Notes under the pieces: generated by a model | What the model was told of the DNA's origin: nothing | The model's database searches: none | What the model saw: only the letters and a program-made list of their open reading frames with translations | Source: Anaeromyxobacteraceae bacterium | GTDB taxonomy: Bacteria > Myxococcota > Myxococcia > Myxococcales > Anaeromyxobacteraceae | Direction of reading: 5' to 3' | DNA: 64,000 nt | Assembly: GCA_032654565.1 (NCBI GenBank) | Contig: JAULAX010000002.1 | Coordinates: forward strand, 175,457-239,456 | Shown here: positions 1-11,809 of the stretch, one piece after another | Numbering within the stretch: the stretch's first letter is position 1 | Layout of the letters: each line of letters begins with the position of its first letter | Translations under genes and position numbers: made by a program

Positions 1-228
1 GGCCGCGGCCCGCTCCACCTCGCTGCCCTTGCGGACCTTGAGCCCCTGCTTGCTGGCGGCGGGCGGGGGCGGGGCCTCGGCGTCGAGCGCCTCGATCCGG
101 TCGGCGGCGGCGCCCAGCACCTTGCCCAGGGTGTCGCGGGTGTGGCCCGGGTAGCGGGCCAGGGAGCGTGGCAGCTCCTCGTTGGCGGCGATGAAGCGGA
201 GCAGGTCGGCGAGGACGGACTTGGACAC
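1..228 (-). CDS. Partial CDS (5' part), probably ribonuclease HI-family protein
   Basis: GTG at 228 opens MSKSVLADLLRFIAANEELPRSLARYPGHTRDTLGKVLG..., which runs off the window with strong GC3 bias. RNase H identity is inferred only from the usual position after the C4 zinc-ribbon gene; the catalytic part is outside the window. Confidence 0.5.
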   Translation of the reverse strand, partial: MSKSVLADLLRFIAANEELPRSLARYPGHTRDTLGKVLGAAADRIEALDAEAPPPPAASKQGLKVRKGSEVERAAA

Positions 229-235
229 GGTGGCC

Positions 236-982
236 CTAGGCCGGGGGCGGCGGCGCCGGAGGGCTGACCGCGGCGAGCGAGTAGATGATGCGGTTGCAGT
301 TGGGGCAGGTCTCGATGGAGTCGGCCCGCTGCAGGACGATGGAGAGCTGGGGCGGGATGTTGCGGTGGCAGCCCTTGCAGGTGGAGCCGATCACCGCGGC
401 CACGGCCACCCCGGCCCGCCGCTTCCTGATGTTCTCGTACTTGCCGAGCAGCCCGGCGTCCACCAGCGTCGCCGCGGTGGCCCGCCGCGCCGCCAGGGCG
501 GCCAGCTTGGCCTCGGCCTCGGCGGCGGCCTGGTCCAGCTTGGCGGCGGCGGCCTGGGCGGCGTCCTCCACCTCGGCCAGCGCCTCGCCGCCGTCCTCGA
601 GGGCGATGCGGATCTCCACGGCGGCGGCGGCCAGCACCTTGGCCTGCTCGCTCTGGGTCTCGTTCGACTTCTTGGCGATGTCGATCTCGCGTGACATGGC
701 GGCGTACTCGCGCGGGGTCTTGATCTCGCCGAGCCGCCCCTCCCACTTCTTCACCTTGTCGCGGTCCATCCCCAGCAGGGCCTCGACCTGGCGCTTCTCG
801 CGCTCGTTGGCGTCCAGCCGGGCCTTCTGGTCGTCGTAGGCCTTGCGGGCCGCCTTGACCCGGGCCTCCAGGATGGCCCGCTCGGCGGGGATGGCCTCCA
901 GCCCCTGGCGGGCGGCGTGGGCGTCGAGATCGATCTGCTGCAGCTCCTCCAGCACCCTCAGCTTCTCTCGCAGCGACGACAA
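236..982 (-). CDS. Coiled-coil protein with C-terminal C4-type zinc ribbon (DUF164/CT398-like)
   Basis: Long helical Ala/Glu/Lys region then CKGCH...CPNCNRII. TTG start at 982 follows an AAGGAG RBS. Confidence 0.88.
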   Translation of the reverse strand: MSSLREKLRVLEELQQIDLDAHAARQGLEAIPAERAILEARVKAARKAYDDQKARLDANEREKRQVEALLGMDRDKVKKWEGRLGEIKTPREYAAMSREIDIAKKSNETQSEQAKVLAAAAVEIRIALEDGGEALAEVEDAAQAAAAKLDQAAAEAEAKLAALAARRATAATLVDAGLLGKYENIRKRRAGVAVAAVIGSTCKGCHRNIPPQLSIVLQRADSIETCPNCNRIIYSLAAVSPPAPPPPA

Positions 983-1019
983 AGCGACTCTCCTTGCTGT
1001 GTCCAACCAACCGGTGATG

Positions 1020-1091
1020 TGGGCCCACCAGGATTTGAACCTGGATCGGGTCGGTTATGAGCCGATGGCTCTGCCGTTGAGCTATGGGCCC
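1020..1091 (-). tRNA. tRNA-Ile2 (anticodon CAT, lysidine type); CCA not encoded
   Basis: Reverse complement GGGCCCA-TA-GCTC-AACGGCA-GAGC-C-ATCGG-CTCATAA-CCGAC-CCGAT-CCAGG-TTCAAAT-CCTGG-TGGGCCC-A folds as a cloverleaf. The G1-C72 pair excludes fMet. Acceptor stem and position after rpoD fit Ile2 better than elongator Met. Confidence 0.9.
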
Positions 1092-1132
1092 GAGCTCGCC
1101 TGGCAGGGCGGTCGTACCACTTTCCTCGTCCT

Positions 1133-3400
<2,268 letters not shown>

Positions 3401-3503
3401 GATCTCTCGACTCCTTGGACTGCGGTGCCGCTCCGTGTTCACTACCCGCGGGCCCTGCGCCGGGCCCAGCCATCCTTCGCGCCCCCCGCGGGGGCCCCGC
3501 CCG

Positions 3504-5432
3504 TCAGCCGCTGCTCTCCAGCCCGCGCAGCCGGCGCTCCAGCTCGGCCCGCCGCCGCATCGCCACCTCGGCCTCGACGCGCAGGCCGTCGGCGACCGGC
3601 GAGCCGGCCTTGACGATGCGGGCGCTGCAGCGCTCCTGCTCGGCCACCACCGCGGCGATGGCCGCCTTGATGGCGGCGCGCCGCAGCAGCCGCTCGGCCA
3701 CGCCCCGCTCCACGCCGCCCGGGCCGGTCAGGGCCTCGATGCGCCGCCGCAGCGGCTCCTCGACGTCGGCCAGCCGGGCCAGCGCCGCCTCGCGGGTCAG
3801 CGGCTCGCGGATCAGGTCTCGGGCCAGGTCGGCCAGCGGCCCCGGCGGCAGCAGCCCGGGGAGGTTCTCCTCGGCGGCCGCCGGCCCCAGGTCGCCGAAG
3901 GCGATGAGCAGGCCGAGGGCGTCCACCGCCGGCCCGGGCAGCACCGCCTGGACCCGCTGGTGCGAGGCCAGCAGGCTGCCCGACGGCGACGGCCGCCGAT
4001 CCCGCCGCCAGCCACCGCCCTCGCGGGGCGGCGGCGACCCGCCGTCCTCCGAGCCGCCCTCGTCGGCCTCGGGCGGGGGCGCCTCGCTTCGAGCCTCGCT
4101 CCGCGATCCCCTCGGCCCGGCCGCCAGCTCCCGCCGCAGCGCCTCGACGTCGAGGTCGAGCTTGCGGGCCACCGCCTCCTCGAGCACGCCCCGGGCCAGC
4201 CCCTCGGGGGCCAGCCGGGTGAGCGGGGCCAGCTCGGCCACCGCCGCCAGCTTGGCCTCCAGCGCCGCCGTCTTCGGCTCGCGACCGCAGGTCTTCTCCA
4301 CCGCCCGGTCGATGAGGAACTGCGAGAGCGGCACCGCCGCGGCCAGCAGCGCCTCGACGCCGGCCTTGCCGTGGGCGCGGGCGAAGTCGTCGGGGTCCAG
4401 CTTGGCGTCGCCGGCCGGCAGCAGCGCCACCTTGCCGGCCAGCCCGGCCGGGAAGAGCGCCGCCGCCGCCTTGCCGGGCGCGGCCAGCCCGGCCTGGTCG
4501 CCGTCGAACAGCACCGTGACCTCGCGGCAGTCGCAGCGCTTGAGCAGCTCCACGTGCTCCGGCGTCAGCGCCGTGCCGCAGACCGCCACGGCGTTCTTGA
4601 CGCCGGCCTGGTGCAGCCCGATCACGTCGAAGTACCCCTCCACCAGCACCGCCGTCCGCGTCTTGCGGATCGACTCGCGCGCCAGGTCGAGCCCGTAGAG
4701 CACCCGGCTCTTCTTGTAGAGCGGGGTCTCCGGGGTGTTGATGTACTTGGCCCCCTTCTCCTCGCCCATGGCCCTCGCGCCGAACCCGATCACCACGCCG
4801 TCCAGCCCGGCGATGGGGAACATCAGCCGCCCCCGGAACCGGTCGTAGGTCCGGCCGTCCTCCTTCTCCACCAGCAGCCCGGCCTTGAGGACGGCCGCCT
4901 CCCCGATCCCCTTCTCCTTGAGCCGCGGCGGCAGGTCGTCCCACCCCGAGGCCGCCACCCCGAGGCGGAAGGCCTTGACCTGCTCGTCCGCCACCCCCCG
5001 CGAGGCCAGGTAGGCCCGGGCGTCGGTGCCGTAGCCGCTGCCCAGCCGGGCCGCCCAGTAGCGGGCCGCGGCGTCGCAGGCGGCCTGGAGCTCGTTGCGC
5101 TCCTTGCGCCGGCGCTGCGCCTCGGCCGTCTCCTGGGCGTCCGACTCGGGGATCTCGATCCCCACCTCGGCCGCCAGCTCGCGCACCACCTCGGGAAACT
5201 CCTTGCCCTGCAGCTTCTGCAGGAACGTGAAGACGTTGCCGTACTCACCGCAGCCGTAGCACTTGTAGTGCTTGTCCTCGGTGTAGACGTGGAAGCTGGG
5301 CGTCCGCTCCCCGTGAAAGGGGCAGCAGCCCCGCCAGGTCCGTCCGGCCCGCTTCAGCTCCACGTGGCGGCCGATCAGCGCCACCACGTCGACGCGGGCC
5401 TTGATCTCCTCGATGACCTCGTCGGGGATCAG
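3504..5432 (-). CDS. dnaG: DNA primase
   Basis: CHC2 zinc finger ([11 protein letters not shown]...CYGC), [31 protein letters not shown]...FDGDQAG. The conserved N-terminus (M)[12 protein letters not shown] begins at a CTG at 5432. Confidence 0.96.
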   Translation of the reverse strand: MIPDEVIEEIKARVDVVALIGRHVELKRAGRTWRGCCPFHGERTPSFHVYTEDKHYKCYGCGEYGNVFTFLQKLQGKEFPEVVRELAAEVGIEIPESDAQETAEAQRRRKERNELQAACDAAARYWAARLGSGYGTDARAYLASRGVADEQVKAFRLGVAASGWDDLPPRLKEKGIGEAAVLKAGLLVEKEDGRTYDRFRGRLMFPIAGLDGVVIGFGARAMGEEKGAKYINTPETPLYKKSRVLYGLDLARESIRKTRTAVLVEGYFDVIGLHQAGVKNAVAVCGTALTPEHVELLKRCDCREVTVLFDGDQAGLAAPGKAAAALFPAGLAGKVALLPAGDAKLDPDDFARAHGKAGVEALLAAAVPLSQFLIDRAVEKTCGREPKTAALEAKLAAVAELAPLTRLAPEGLARGVLEEAVARKLDLDVEALRRELAAGPRGSRSEARSEAPPPEADEGGSEDGGSPPPREGGGWRRDRRPSPSGSLLASHQRVQAVLPGPAVDALGLLIAFGDLGPAAAEENLPGLLPPGPLADLARDLIREPLTREAALARLADVEEPLRRRIEALTGPGGVERGVAERLLRRAAIKAAIAAVVAEQERCSARIVKAGSPVADGLRVEAEVAMRRRAELERRLRGLESSG

Positions 5433-5450
5433 GTGTCGCCCCCGGTCCGG

Positions 5451-5900
5451 CTAGGTCCCCGAGAGGCGGGCCTTCACCAGCTCCGAGACCAGCTTGCCGT
5501 CGGCCTTGCCCTGCACCTCCGGCAGGAGCGCCTTCATCACCGTCCCCATGTCGCGCGGGCCCGCGGCGCCGGTCTTCTTCACCGCCGCCTCGACCAGCCG
5601 CTTCAGCTCGGCCTCGTCGAGCTGGGCCGGCAGGTAGCCGAGCAGGATGGCGGTCTCCGCCTCCTCCTTGGCCACCAGGTCCAGCCGGTTCCCGGCCCGG
5701 TACTGCTCGATCGAGTCCTTGTGCCGCTTGATCTCGCCGGAGATCACCTGCAGCACCCCGGCGTCGTCGAGCGGCTTCATGGCCTCGATCTCCCGGTACT
5801 TGATGGCGCTCTTGAGCATGCGGACCACGGAGAGCTTCACCGTGTCCTTCACGCGCATCGACGCCTTCAGGTCGGCGTCGAGCTGGTCCTTGAGCGCCAT
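5451..5900 (-). CDS. yqeY: GatB/YqeY domain protein
   Basis: MALKDQLDADLKASMR...YLPAQL...DMGTVMK...GKADGKLVS; lies between rpsU and dnaG. Confidence 0.93.
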   Translation of the reverse strand: MALKDQLDADLKASMRVKDTVKLSVVRMLKSAIKYREIEAMKPLDDAGVLQVISGEIKRHKDSIEQYRAGNRLDLVAKEEAETAILLGYLPAQLDEAELKRLVEAAVKKTGAAGPRDMGTVMKALLPEVQGKADGKLVSELVKARLSGT

Positions 5901-5934
5901 GGGGTCCCCCGGGAGGTGCGGCGACGACGGGCGG

Positions 5935-6129
5935 CTAGTACGTCTTCCGCGACTTCTTCATGGCGCGCTTCTTGGCCGCCAGCGCCTTCTTCTTGCGCTT
6001 GACGCTCGGCTTCTCGTAGTGCTCGCGCTTGCGGATCTCCGAGAGGATGCCGGCCTTCTCGCACTGCTTCTTGAACCGCTTCATCGCGTTCTCGAAGGAT
6101 TCGCCTTCCTTGACACGCACTCCGGTCAT
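5935..6129 (-). CDS. rpsU: 30S ribosomal protein S21
   Basis: [42 protein letters not shown]. Confidence 0.97.
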   Translation of the reverse strand: MTGVRVKEGESFENAMKRFKKQCEKAGILSEIRKREHYEKPSVKRKKKALAAKKRAMKKSRKTY

Positions 6130-6228
6130 TCTTTGCCTCGAACCTTTGGGTTGGCTTCGTGAGGGGCTCACGAAAGCGCAAAGCCGGATGCCCTGGGGCA
6201 CCCGGCTCAAGCGCACGGTGGAACGGGG

Positions 6229-6257
6229 TGCTTAGAAAGATTTCGCCAGTTTGTCAA
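6229..6257 (-). promoter_or_regulatory. Putative sigma70 promoter of the rpsU operon
   Basis: Minus strand TTGACA-N17-TAAGCA about 100 nt upstream of rpsU; overlaps the hisE stop codon. Confidence 0.55.
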
Positions 6258-6580
6258 GGACTTCCGGGTCGCCGGGGGGCCCCGTGGCGGGCCTCCAGCG
6301 CCTCGTAGACCTGCGCCGGCGTCACCCCCGCCGAGGCCAGCACCACGAACAGGTGGTAGACGAGGTCGGCCGCCTCCAGGGCCAGGTGCTCGCCGGTGTC
6401 CTGCCCGGCCAGCAGCCCCTGCTGGGCCTCTACGACCTCGTAGGCCTCCTCGATGACCTTGCGGCGGGCCTTGGCCGGGGCGGCGAGGAGCTTGCGGGTG
6501 TAGCTCTCGAGCTCCGCCGGGTCGTCGCGGCGGGCTTCGATGGTCTTCCAGAGGGTCGCGAGGAACCGCTCGTCGGCCAT
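6254..6580 (-). CDS. hisE: Phosphoribosyl-ATP pyrophosphatase
   Basis: [18 protein letters not shown]...SYTRKLL...KVIEEAYEV...[21 protein letters not shown] before the ATG at 6580. Confidence 0.93.
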   Translation of the reverse strand: MADERFLATLWKTIEARRDDPAELESYTRKLLAAPAKARRKVIEEAYEVVEAQQGLLAGQDTGEHLALEAADLVYHLFVVLASAGVTPAQVYEALEARHGAPRRPGSP

Positions 6581-6969
6581 GGCATCTCCTGGGTGGTGTG
6601 GAAGCAGCTCCGCTCCCCGGTGTGGCAGGCCGGCCCGGCCTGCCGGACCACGTAGAGCACGGCGTCGCCGTCGCAGTCCACCGAGACCGAGAGCACCTGC
6701 TGGACGTGGCCGGAGGTGTCCCCCTTGCGCCAGAGCGCGCCGCGGCTGCGCGACCAGTAGGTGCCGCGCCCGGTGGCCAGCGTCCGCTCGAGCGCCTCGC
6801 GGTTGGCCCAGGCCAGCATCAGCACCGTGCCGTCGGCCTCCTGGGCCACCACCGGGACCAGCCCGCGCCCGTCGAACTGGATGAGCCCGAGCAGCGCCGC
6901 CGACGACCCGGCCGCCTTCGCCAGGGCCTTCCCCGGCCCCTTCCCCGGGGCCTTCCTGGGAGCCTTCAT
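6430..6969 (-). CDS. hisI: Phosphoribosyl-AMP cyclohydrolase (C-terminus extended over hisE)
   Basis: GLVPVVAQ...[18 protein letters not shown]...DCDGDA...[10 protein letters not shown]; the domain ends near 6590. Confidence 0.92.
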   Translation of the reverse strand: MKAPRKAPGKGPGKALAKAAGSSAALLGLIQFDGRGLVPVVAQEADGTVLMLAWANREALERTLATGRGTYWSRSRGALWRKGDTSGHVQQVLSVSVDCDGDAVLYVVRQAGPACHTGERSCFHTTQEMPWPTSGSSRPSGRPSKPAATTRRSSRATPASSSPPRPRPAARSSRRPTRS

Positions 6970-7733
6970 GGCCGCACCTCCACGCCGCGTTCCAGCAGGA
7001 ACCGCTTGGCCTCGCCGACGGTGTGGGTGCCGTCGTGGAAGATCGAGGCGGCCAGCGCCGCGTCGGCGTACCTGAGTCCTTCAGCCAGGTGCTGGAGGCT
7101 TCCCACACCTCCCGAGGCGATCACCGGGATGCGCACCGCCGCCTGCACCCGCTCCAGCAGCGCCAGGTCGTAGCCGGCGTGGGTGCCGTCGCGGTCCATC
7201 GAGGTGAGCAGCAGCTCGCCGGCGCCGCGGTCGGCCACCTCGCGGATCCAGGCCAGCCCCTCGCGCCCGGTGGCCCTCGAGCCCCCGGCCACGTAGACCT
7301 CCCACTCGGTGCCCCGCCCCTCAACCCGGGGCCGGCGCTTGACGTCCACCGCCACCACCAGCGCCTGGGCCCCGGCGATGGCCGAGAGCCGGTCGACCAG
7401 GCCCGGCTCCTTCACCGCCGAGGAGTTGACGCTCACCTTGTCGGCCCCGGCCCGCAGCAGGGCCACGAAGTCGGCCTCGCTGCGCACCCCGCCGCCCACG
7501 GTGAGCGGGGCGAAGACCCGGGCCGCGGTCCGGCTCACCAGGTCGAGCAGCGTGCCGCGGTTCTCCAGCGTGGCGGCGATGTCCAGGTAGGTGATCTCGT
7601 CGGCCCCCTGGGCGTCGTAGCGGGCCGCCGCCTCGACCGGGTCGCCGGCGTCGCGCAGGTTCTGGAACTTGACGCCCTTGACGACGCGGCCGTCCTTGAC
7701 GTCGAGGCAGGGGATGATCCGCTTGGCCGGCAC
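6966..7733 (-). CDS. hisF: Imidazole glycerol phosphate synthase cyclase subunit
   Basis: [49 protein letters not shown]. Confidence 0.97.
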   Translation of the reverse strand: MPAKRIIPCLDVKDGRVVKGVKFQNLRDAGDPVEAAARYDAQGADEITYLDIAATLENRGTLLDLVSRTAARVFAPLTVGGGVRSEADFVALLRAGADKVSVNSSAVKEPGLVDRLSAIAGAQALVVAVDVKRRPRVEGRGTEWEVYVAGGSRATGREGLAWIREVADRGAGELLLTSMDRDGTHAGYDLALLERVQAAVRIPVIASGGVGSLQHLAEGLRYADAALAASIFHDGTHTVGEAKRFLLERGVEVRP

Positions 7734-7734
7734 C

Positions 7735-8490
7735 CTAGGCCCCCGCCCCCGGCGCGCCGACCGGGGCCGCTCCGCCCGCCGCCGCCAGCGCCACCGCCTC
7801 GGCCAGCTTGATCCGCCCCTCGTAGAGCGCCTTGCCGACGATGACCCCGGCCACGCCGGCCGCCAGGCAGGCGCGGATGTCGTCGAGCCCGGCCACGCCC
7901 CCCGAGGCCACCACCGCCACCCCCGCCTCGGCCTGCAGCGCCGCGGCGCCGGCGGCGTCGACGCCGGTGAACATGCCGTCGCGGGCCACGTCGGTGTACT
8001 CCACCAGCGTCACCCCGGCCTCCTTGACCCGCCGCGCCACCTCGGCCGCCTTCAGCCCAGAGCCCTCGAGCCAGCCGGCCACCTTGACCTCGCCGTTGCG
8101 GGCGTCGATGCCGCAGCGGACCCGGCCGGGGAACCGCTGGCAGGCCTGCCGGACCAGATCCAGCCGCTCCACCGCGGCGGTGCCGAGCACCACCGCCGCC
8201 ACCCCCAGCCCCAGCACCTTCTCGATGTCGCCGAGCGTGCGCAGCCCGCCCCCCAGCTCGATCTCCAGCCCCGGGACGGCGCAGAGCTCGGCCACCGTGG
8301 AGAGGTTGACCGGCCAGCCGGCCTTGGCCCCGTCGAGGTCGACGACGTGGAGCCGGGTGGCGCCGGCGGCGGCGAACTTCGCAGCCTCCTCGGCGGGGTG
8401 GCGCGAGTAGACCTGCCGGGTGGCGAAGTCGCCCTTCTGCAGCCGGACCACCTCGCCGCTCATCAGGTCGATGGCCGGGATCACGAGCAC
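7735..8490 (-). CDS. hisA: ProFAR isomerase
   Basis: [50 protein letters not shown]. Confidence 0.96.
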   Translation of the reverse strand: MLVIPAIDLMSGEVVRLQKGDFATRQVYSRHPAEEAAKFAAAGATRLHVVDLDGAKAGWPVNLSTVAELCAVPGLEIELGGGLRTLGDIEKVLGLGVAAVVLGTAAVERLDLVRQACQRFPGRVRCGIDARNGEVKVAGWLEGSGLKAAEVARRVKEAGVTLVEYTDVARDGMFTGVDAAGAAALQAEAGVAVVASGGVAGLDDIRACLAAGVAGVIVGKALYEGRIKLAEAVALAAAGGAAPVGAPGAGA

Positions 8491-8520
8491 GGGGGGACCT
8501 CCACGAAGCGCTGGGTCATT

Positions 8521-9129
8521 CTAGTGGATCCCCACGAAGCGACGCAGGAAGGCCAGCCCGACCTGCTGGCTCTTCTCCGGGTGGAACTGGACGGCGAAGA
8601 GGTGGCCCTGCGCCAGCCCGGCGCAGAAGGGCCGGCCGTGGGTGGCGGTGAGCTGGGTGCCGGGGGCGTCGGCCGGGGCGGCGTAGCTGTGGGCGAAGTA
8701 GACGAACTGGCCGTCGAGCGGGGCGAAGAGCGGGTGCAGCGGGCCGGCGGCGGCCAGCTTCGACCAGCCGATGTGCGGCAGGCGCACCTCGGGCGGCAGC
8801 TTGCGGACGGTACCGGGGACCAGCCCCAGCCCGCGCGCCCCGCCCGCCTCCTCGCCGTCGCTGAAGAGGATCTGCAGGCCGACGCAGATGCCCAGCACCG
8901 GCGTGCCGCGGGCGATCACCTCGCGCAGCGCCGCCTCGACGCCGCTGCCGCGCATGGCCTCGGCGCAGGCCGGCATGGCCCCCTGCCCCGGCACCACCAC
9001 GCTGGCGGCGGCGCGCACCGCGGCCGGGTCGCGGGTCACCACCACCTCGGCCCCGACCTCGCGCAGGGCGTTCTCCACCGAGCGCAGGTTGCCGGCGCCG
9101 TAGTCCACCAGCGCGACCGTCCCGCTCAC
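8521..9129 (-). CDS. hisH: Imidazole glycerol phosphate synthase glutaminase subunit
   Basis: VDYGAGNLRSV, PGQG, LGICVGLQ, YFAHSY, QFHPEKS. Confidence 0.96.
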   Translation of the reverse strand: MSGTVALVDYGAGNLRSVENALREVGAEVVVTRDPAAVRAAASVVVPGQGAMPACAEAMRGSGVEAALREVIARGTPVLGICVGLQILFSDGEEAGGARGLGLVPGTVRKLPPEVRLPHIGWSKLAAAGPLHPLFAPLDGQFVYFAHSYAAPADAPGTQLTATHGRPFCAGLAQGHLFAVQFHPEKSQQVGLAFLRRFVGIH

Positions 9130-9160
9130 GGCGCGGCTCTCGCGGACCGGTCCGGCCACA

Positions 9161-9775
9161 TCAGAGCACGCCCTTGGTCGACGCCAGCGCCGTCCCCTCG
9201 CGCACCGTGGCGGCGCGCAGGGCCCGGGCCACCGCCTTGAAGGTGGCCTCGACGATGTGGTGCAGGTTGCGGCCGTAGCGCACGTTGACGTGGAGGCAGA
9301 CCCGGGCGTGGTTGCAGAGGGCCTGCAGGAAGTCCTGGGTCAGGTCGACGTCGTAGCCGCCGATGAACTTCTTGCCGCTGGGGAGCCGGGCGTTGAAGGT
9401 CAGGTGGGGGCGGCCGGAGAGGTCGATGACCGCCTCCACCAGCGCCTCGTCGAGCGGCACCACGGCGTGGCCGTAGCGGGCCAGCCCGGCCTTGTCGCCG
9501 AGCGCCTCGCGCAGCGCCTCGCCGATGGCGATGCCGACGTCCTCGACGGTGTGGTGGGCGTCGACCTCCAGGTCGCCGCGGGCCCGGACCTCGAGGGCCA
9601 GGCCGCCGTGGCGGGAGAGCTGCGCCAGCATGTGGTCGAAGAAGGGCAGGCCGGTGTCGGTGCGGCAGGCGCCGCCGCCCAGCGCCAGCGCCACGGCGAT
9701 GTCGGTCTCCTTCGTCTTCCGGGCGATCCGCCCCTGCCCCGGCTTCGACTTCGGCTTCGACTTCCTGGCCGCCAT
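9161..9775 (-). CDS. hisB: Imidazoleglycerol-phosphate dehydratase
   Basis: RKTKETDI, FFDHML, DAHHTVED, NLHHIVEATFKA, STKGVL; the ATG overlaps the hisD stop (TGATG). Confidence 0.96.
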   Translation of the reverse strand: MAARKSKPKSKPGQGRIARKTKETDIAVALALGGGACRTDTGLPFFDHMLAQLSRHGGLALEVRARGDLEVDAHHTVEDVGIAIGEALREALGDKAGLARYGHAVVPLDEALVEAVIDLSGRPHLTFNARLPSGKKFIGGYDVDLTQDFLQALCNHARVCLHVNVRYGRNLHHIVEATFKAVARALRAATVREGTALASTKGVL

Positions 9776-11190
9776 CAGCTCCTCCCCCGCTTCGGCTTCG
9801 ACCGCTGCGGCTGCTTCGAACCCTTCGCCTGCTTCGACGGCTTCCTCGACGGCCGCGCCGCCTTCTTCGCCGGAGCCGGCGCCGCCTTCCCCTCGACCCG
9901 CACCTGCACGGCGCGCCAGTGGCCCAGCAGCCCCTCGGCCAGGGCCAGCGCCTCGACCGCCGGCGCCACCGCCGCCAGCGCCCGGGGCGTGAACTCGAGG
10001 ACGCTCTGGCGCCGCCGGAAGGTGGCCACCGAGAGCGGCGAGGCGAAGCGGGCGGTGCCGGCCGTCGGCAGCACGTGGCTGGGGCCGGCCAGGTAGTCGC
10101 CCACCGCCTCCGGCGTCGAGGCGCCCACGAAGAGGGCGCCGGCCCGGGTCAGCTTCGGGGCCAGCCTGCGGGCGTCGGCGGCGTGGATGGCCAGGTGCTC
10201 GGGGGCGAACCGGTCGGCCAGCGCCACCGCCTCGGCCAGGGTGCGGGTCACCACCACCGCCCCGCGCTCGGCGATGGCCTGGCCGGCGATCTCCCGGCGC
10301 GGCAGGTCGGCGAGCTGCCGCCCCACCTCCACCTGCGCCGCCGCCGCCAGCGCCTTCGACGGGGTCACCAGCACCGCCACGGCGCGCACGTCGTGCTCGG
10401 CCTGGGCCAGCAGGTCGCTGGCCACCTCGACGGCGCTGGCCGCGGCGTCGGCCAGCACCAGGATCTCGCTGGGGCCGGCGATCATGTCGATGTCCACCTG
10501 GCCGAAGACCAGCCGCTTGGCGGCGGCCACGTAGGCGTTGCCCGGGCCGCAGATCTTGTCGACCGCCGGCACCGTGGCGGTGCCGTAGGCCAGCGCCGCC
10601 ACCGCCTGGGCCCCGCCCACCTTGAAGAGGCGGGAGACGCCGGCCACGTGGCAGGCGGCCAGCGTCCAGCCGTCGACGGCGCCGGTGGCGTGGAGGCCGG
10701 GGGTGGTCACCACCACCTCGCCGACGCCGGCCACCCGGGCCGGGATGGCGGTCATCAGCACCGACGAGGGGTAGCGGGCGGTGCCGCCGGGGACGTAGAG
10801 GCCGACCCGCGCCAGGGGGTGGGTGCGCTGGGCCAGCCGGGCGCCCAGGGCGTCGGTGAACTCCGGCACCTCGGCGTCGCGCTCGCGCTGGTGGAAGGCG
10901 CGGACCCGGTCGGCGGCCAGCTGCAGCGCCCGGCGGCCGGCGTCGGGCAGGCCGCGCCAGGCGGCGGCGAAGTCGGCCGGCCCGAGCGCCAGGGCGTCGG
11001 CCGAGGCCGGCACCCAGCGGTCCCAGCGGGCGGTGTAGTCGAGCAGGGCGGCGTCGCCGCGGGCCCGGACGTCGGCCACCACCCGGGCGGCCGCCTCGCG
11101 CACCGGGGCCTCGTCCTCGTCGGAGCCGCGGGCGCAGAGGGCGCGCCAGGCGTCGGCGAAGCTGGGGGCGGTGGTGACGAGCGTCTTCAC
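9775..11190 (-). CDS. hisD: Histidinol dehydrogenase
   Basis: GLYVPGG..YPSSVLM, GGAQAVAALAYGT, GPGNAYV, IDMIAGPSE, LAQAEHD, APEHL, GDYLAGPSHVLPT. Confidence 0.97.
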   Translation of the reverse strand: MKTLVTTAPSFADAWRALCARGSDEDEAPVREAAARVVADVRARGDAALLDYTARWDRWVPASADALALGPADFAAAWRGLPDAGRRALQLAADRVRAFHQRERDAEVPEFTDALGARLAQRTHPLARVGLYVPGGTARYPSSVLMTAIPARVAGVGEVVVTTPGLHATGAVDGWTLAACHVAGVSRLFKVGGAQAVAALAYGTATVPAVDKICGPGNAYVAAAKRLVFGQVDIDMIAGPSEILVLADAAASAVEVASDLLAQAEHDVRAVAVLVTPSKALAAAAQVEVGRQLADLPRREIAGQAIAERGAVVVTRTLAEAVALADRFAPEHLAIHAADARRLAPKLTRAGALFVGASTPEAVGDYLAGPSHVLPTAGTARFASPLSVATFRRRQSVLEFTPRALAAVAPAVEALALAEGLLGHWRAVQVRVEGKAAPAPAKKAARPSRKPSKQAKGSKQPQRSKPKRGRS

Positions 11191-11277
11191 GGGGGGTCCT
11201 CTCTTCGGGAACCCGGGAAAATACCGCATCGGCGGCGGTGAGGCGAGCCGGGCTGCGGCTGCTGGGTTGCGGCTGCA

Positions 11278-11809
11278 GAGCGCAGGGGTCCAGCCGCAGC
11301 GCTCCGGCGGTGGCCCGGTCGGAGGTGGCGGAGAAGCCGAGCTCGAGCGCGGTGACCGTCACGGCGCCCCCCGTCCCCTCGGTCCACGCCACCGAGCCGG
11401 AGGCGGCAGCCTGGCTGCTCCCGAGGACGCCCCCGGTCCGCTGGGTGAGCTCCCCCACCCCCTGGCCGGCGGCCGGGGTCGCCGCCGCCAGCACCGAGGC
11501 CACGGTGGTGCCATCCGCCGGCGGCAGGATCCGCAACGCCAGCAGGGTCCAGGTGCCCACCGGCACCAGCCGGATGGCCAGGCAGGTGTCCGGCTGGTCG
11601 GAGACGTAGAGCTCCAGCAGGCCGGCGCGGCGCCCCACCGCGCCGCTGACCATCTTCAGCGTGGTGCCGCCGACGGTGAACTCGGGGGGCGGGGTGAGAT
11701 CCACCGGACCCGAGGCCGGGAGGCCGCAGCCTGACGGGAGGGCGAGCGCCAGGAGGAGGAGCGCCCCTCCCGGCCCGAGCCGCCCCCCGGTCCGGCCGCC
11801 CCGGCTCAC
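11278..11809 (-). CDS. Hypothetical lipoprotein; stop codon apparently missing (end coordinate approximate)
   Basis: GTGA-coupled to the pullulanase stop. Signal peptide with lipobox-like LPSGC, then about 150 aa of beta-rich sequence with two Cys (DTC...DPC). The frame stays open into hisB. Confidence 0.6.

Noticed and set aside
1020..1091. tRNA as a prophage/ICE integration site
   Set aside because: No integrase nearby and no duplicated tRNA 3' end noticed; flanks are conserved housekeeping genes.
5433..5453. Pyrrolysine or programmed recoding at the yqeY TAG
   Set aside because: No pyl genes in the window, TAG is a common stop here, and YqeY ends at its normal length; a CTG start explains dnaG more simply.
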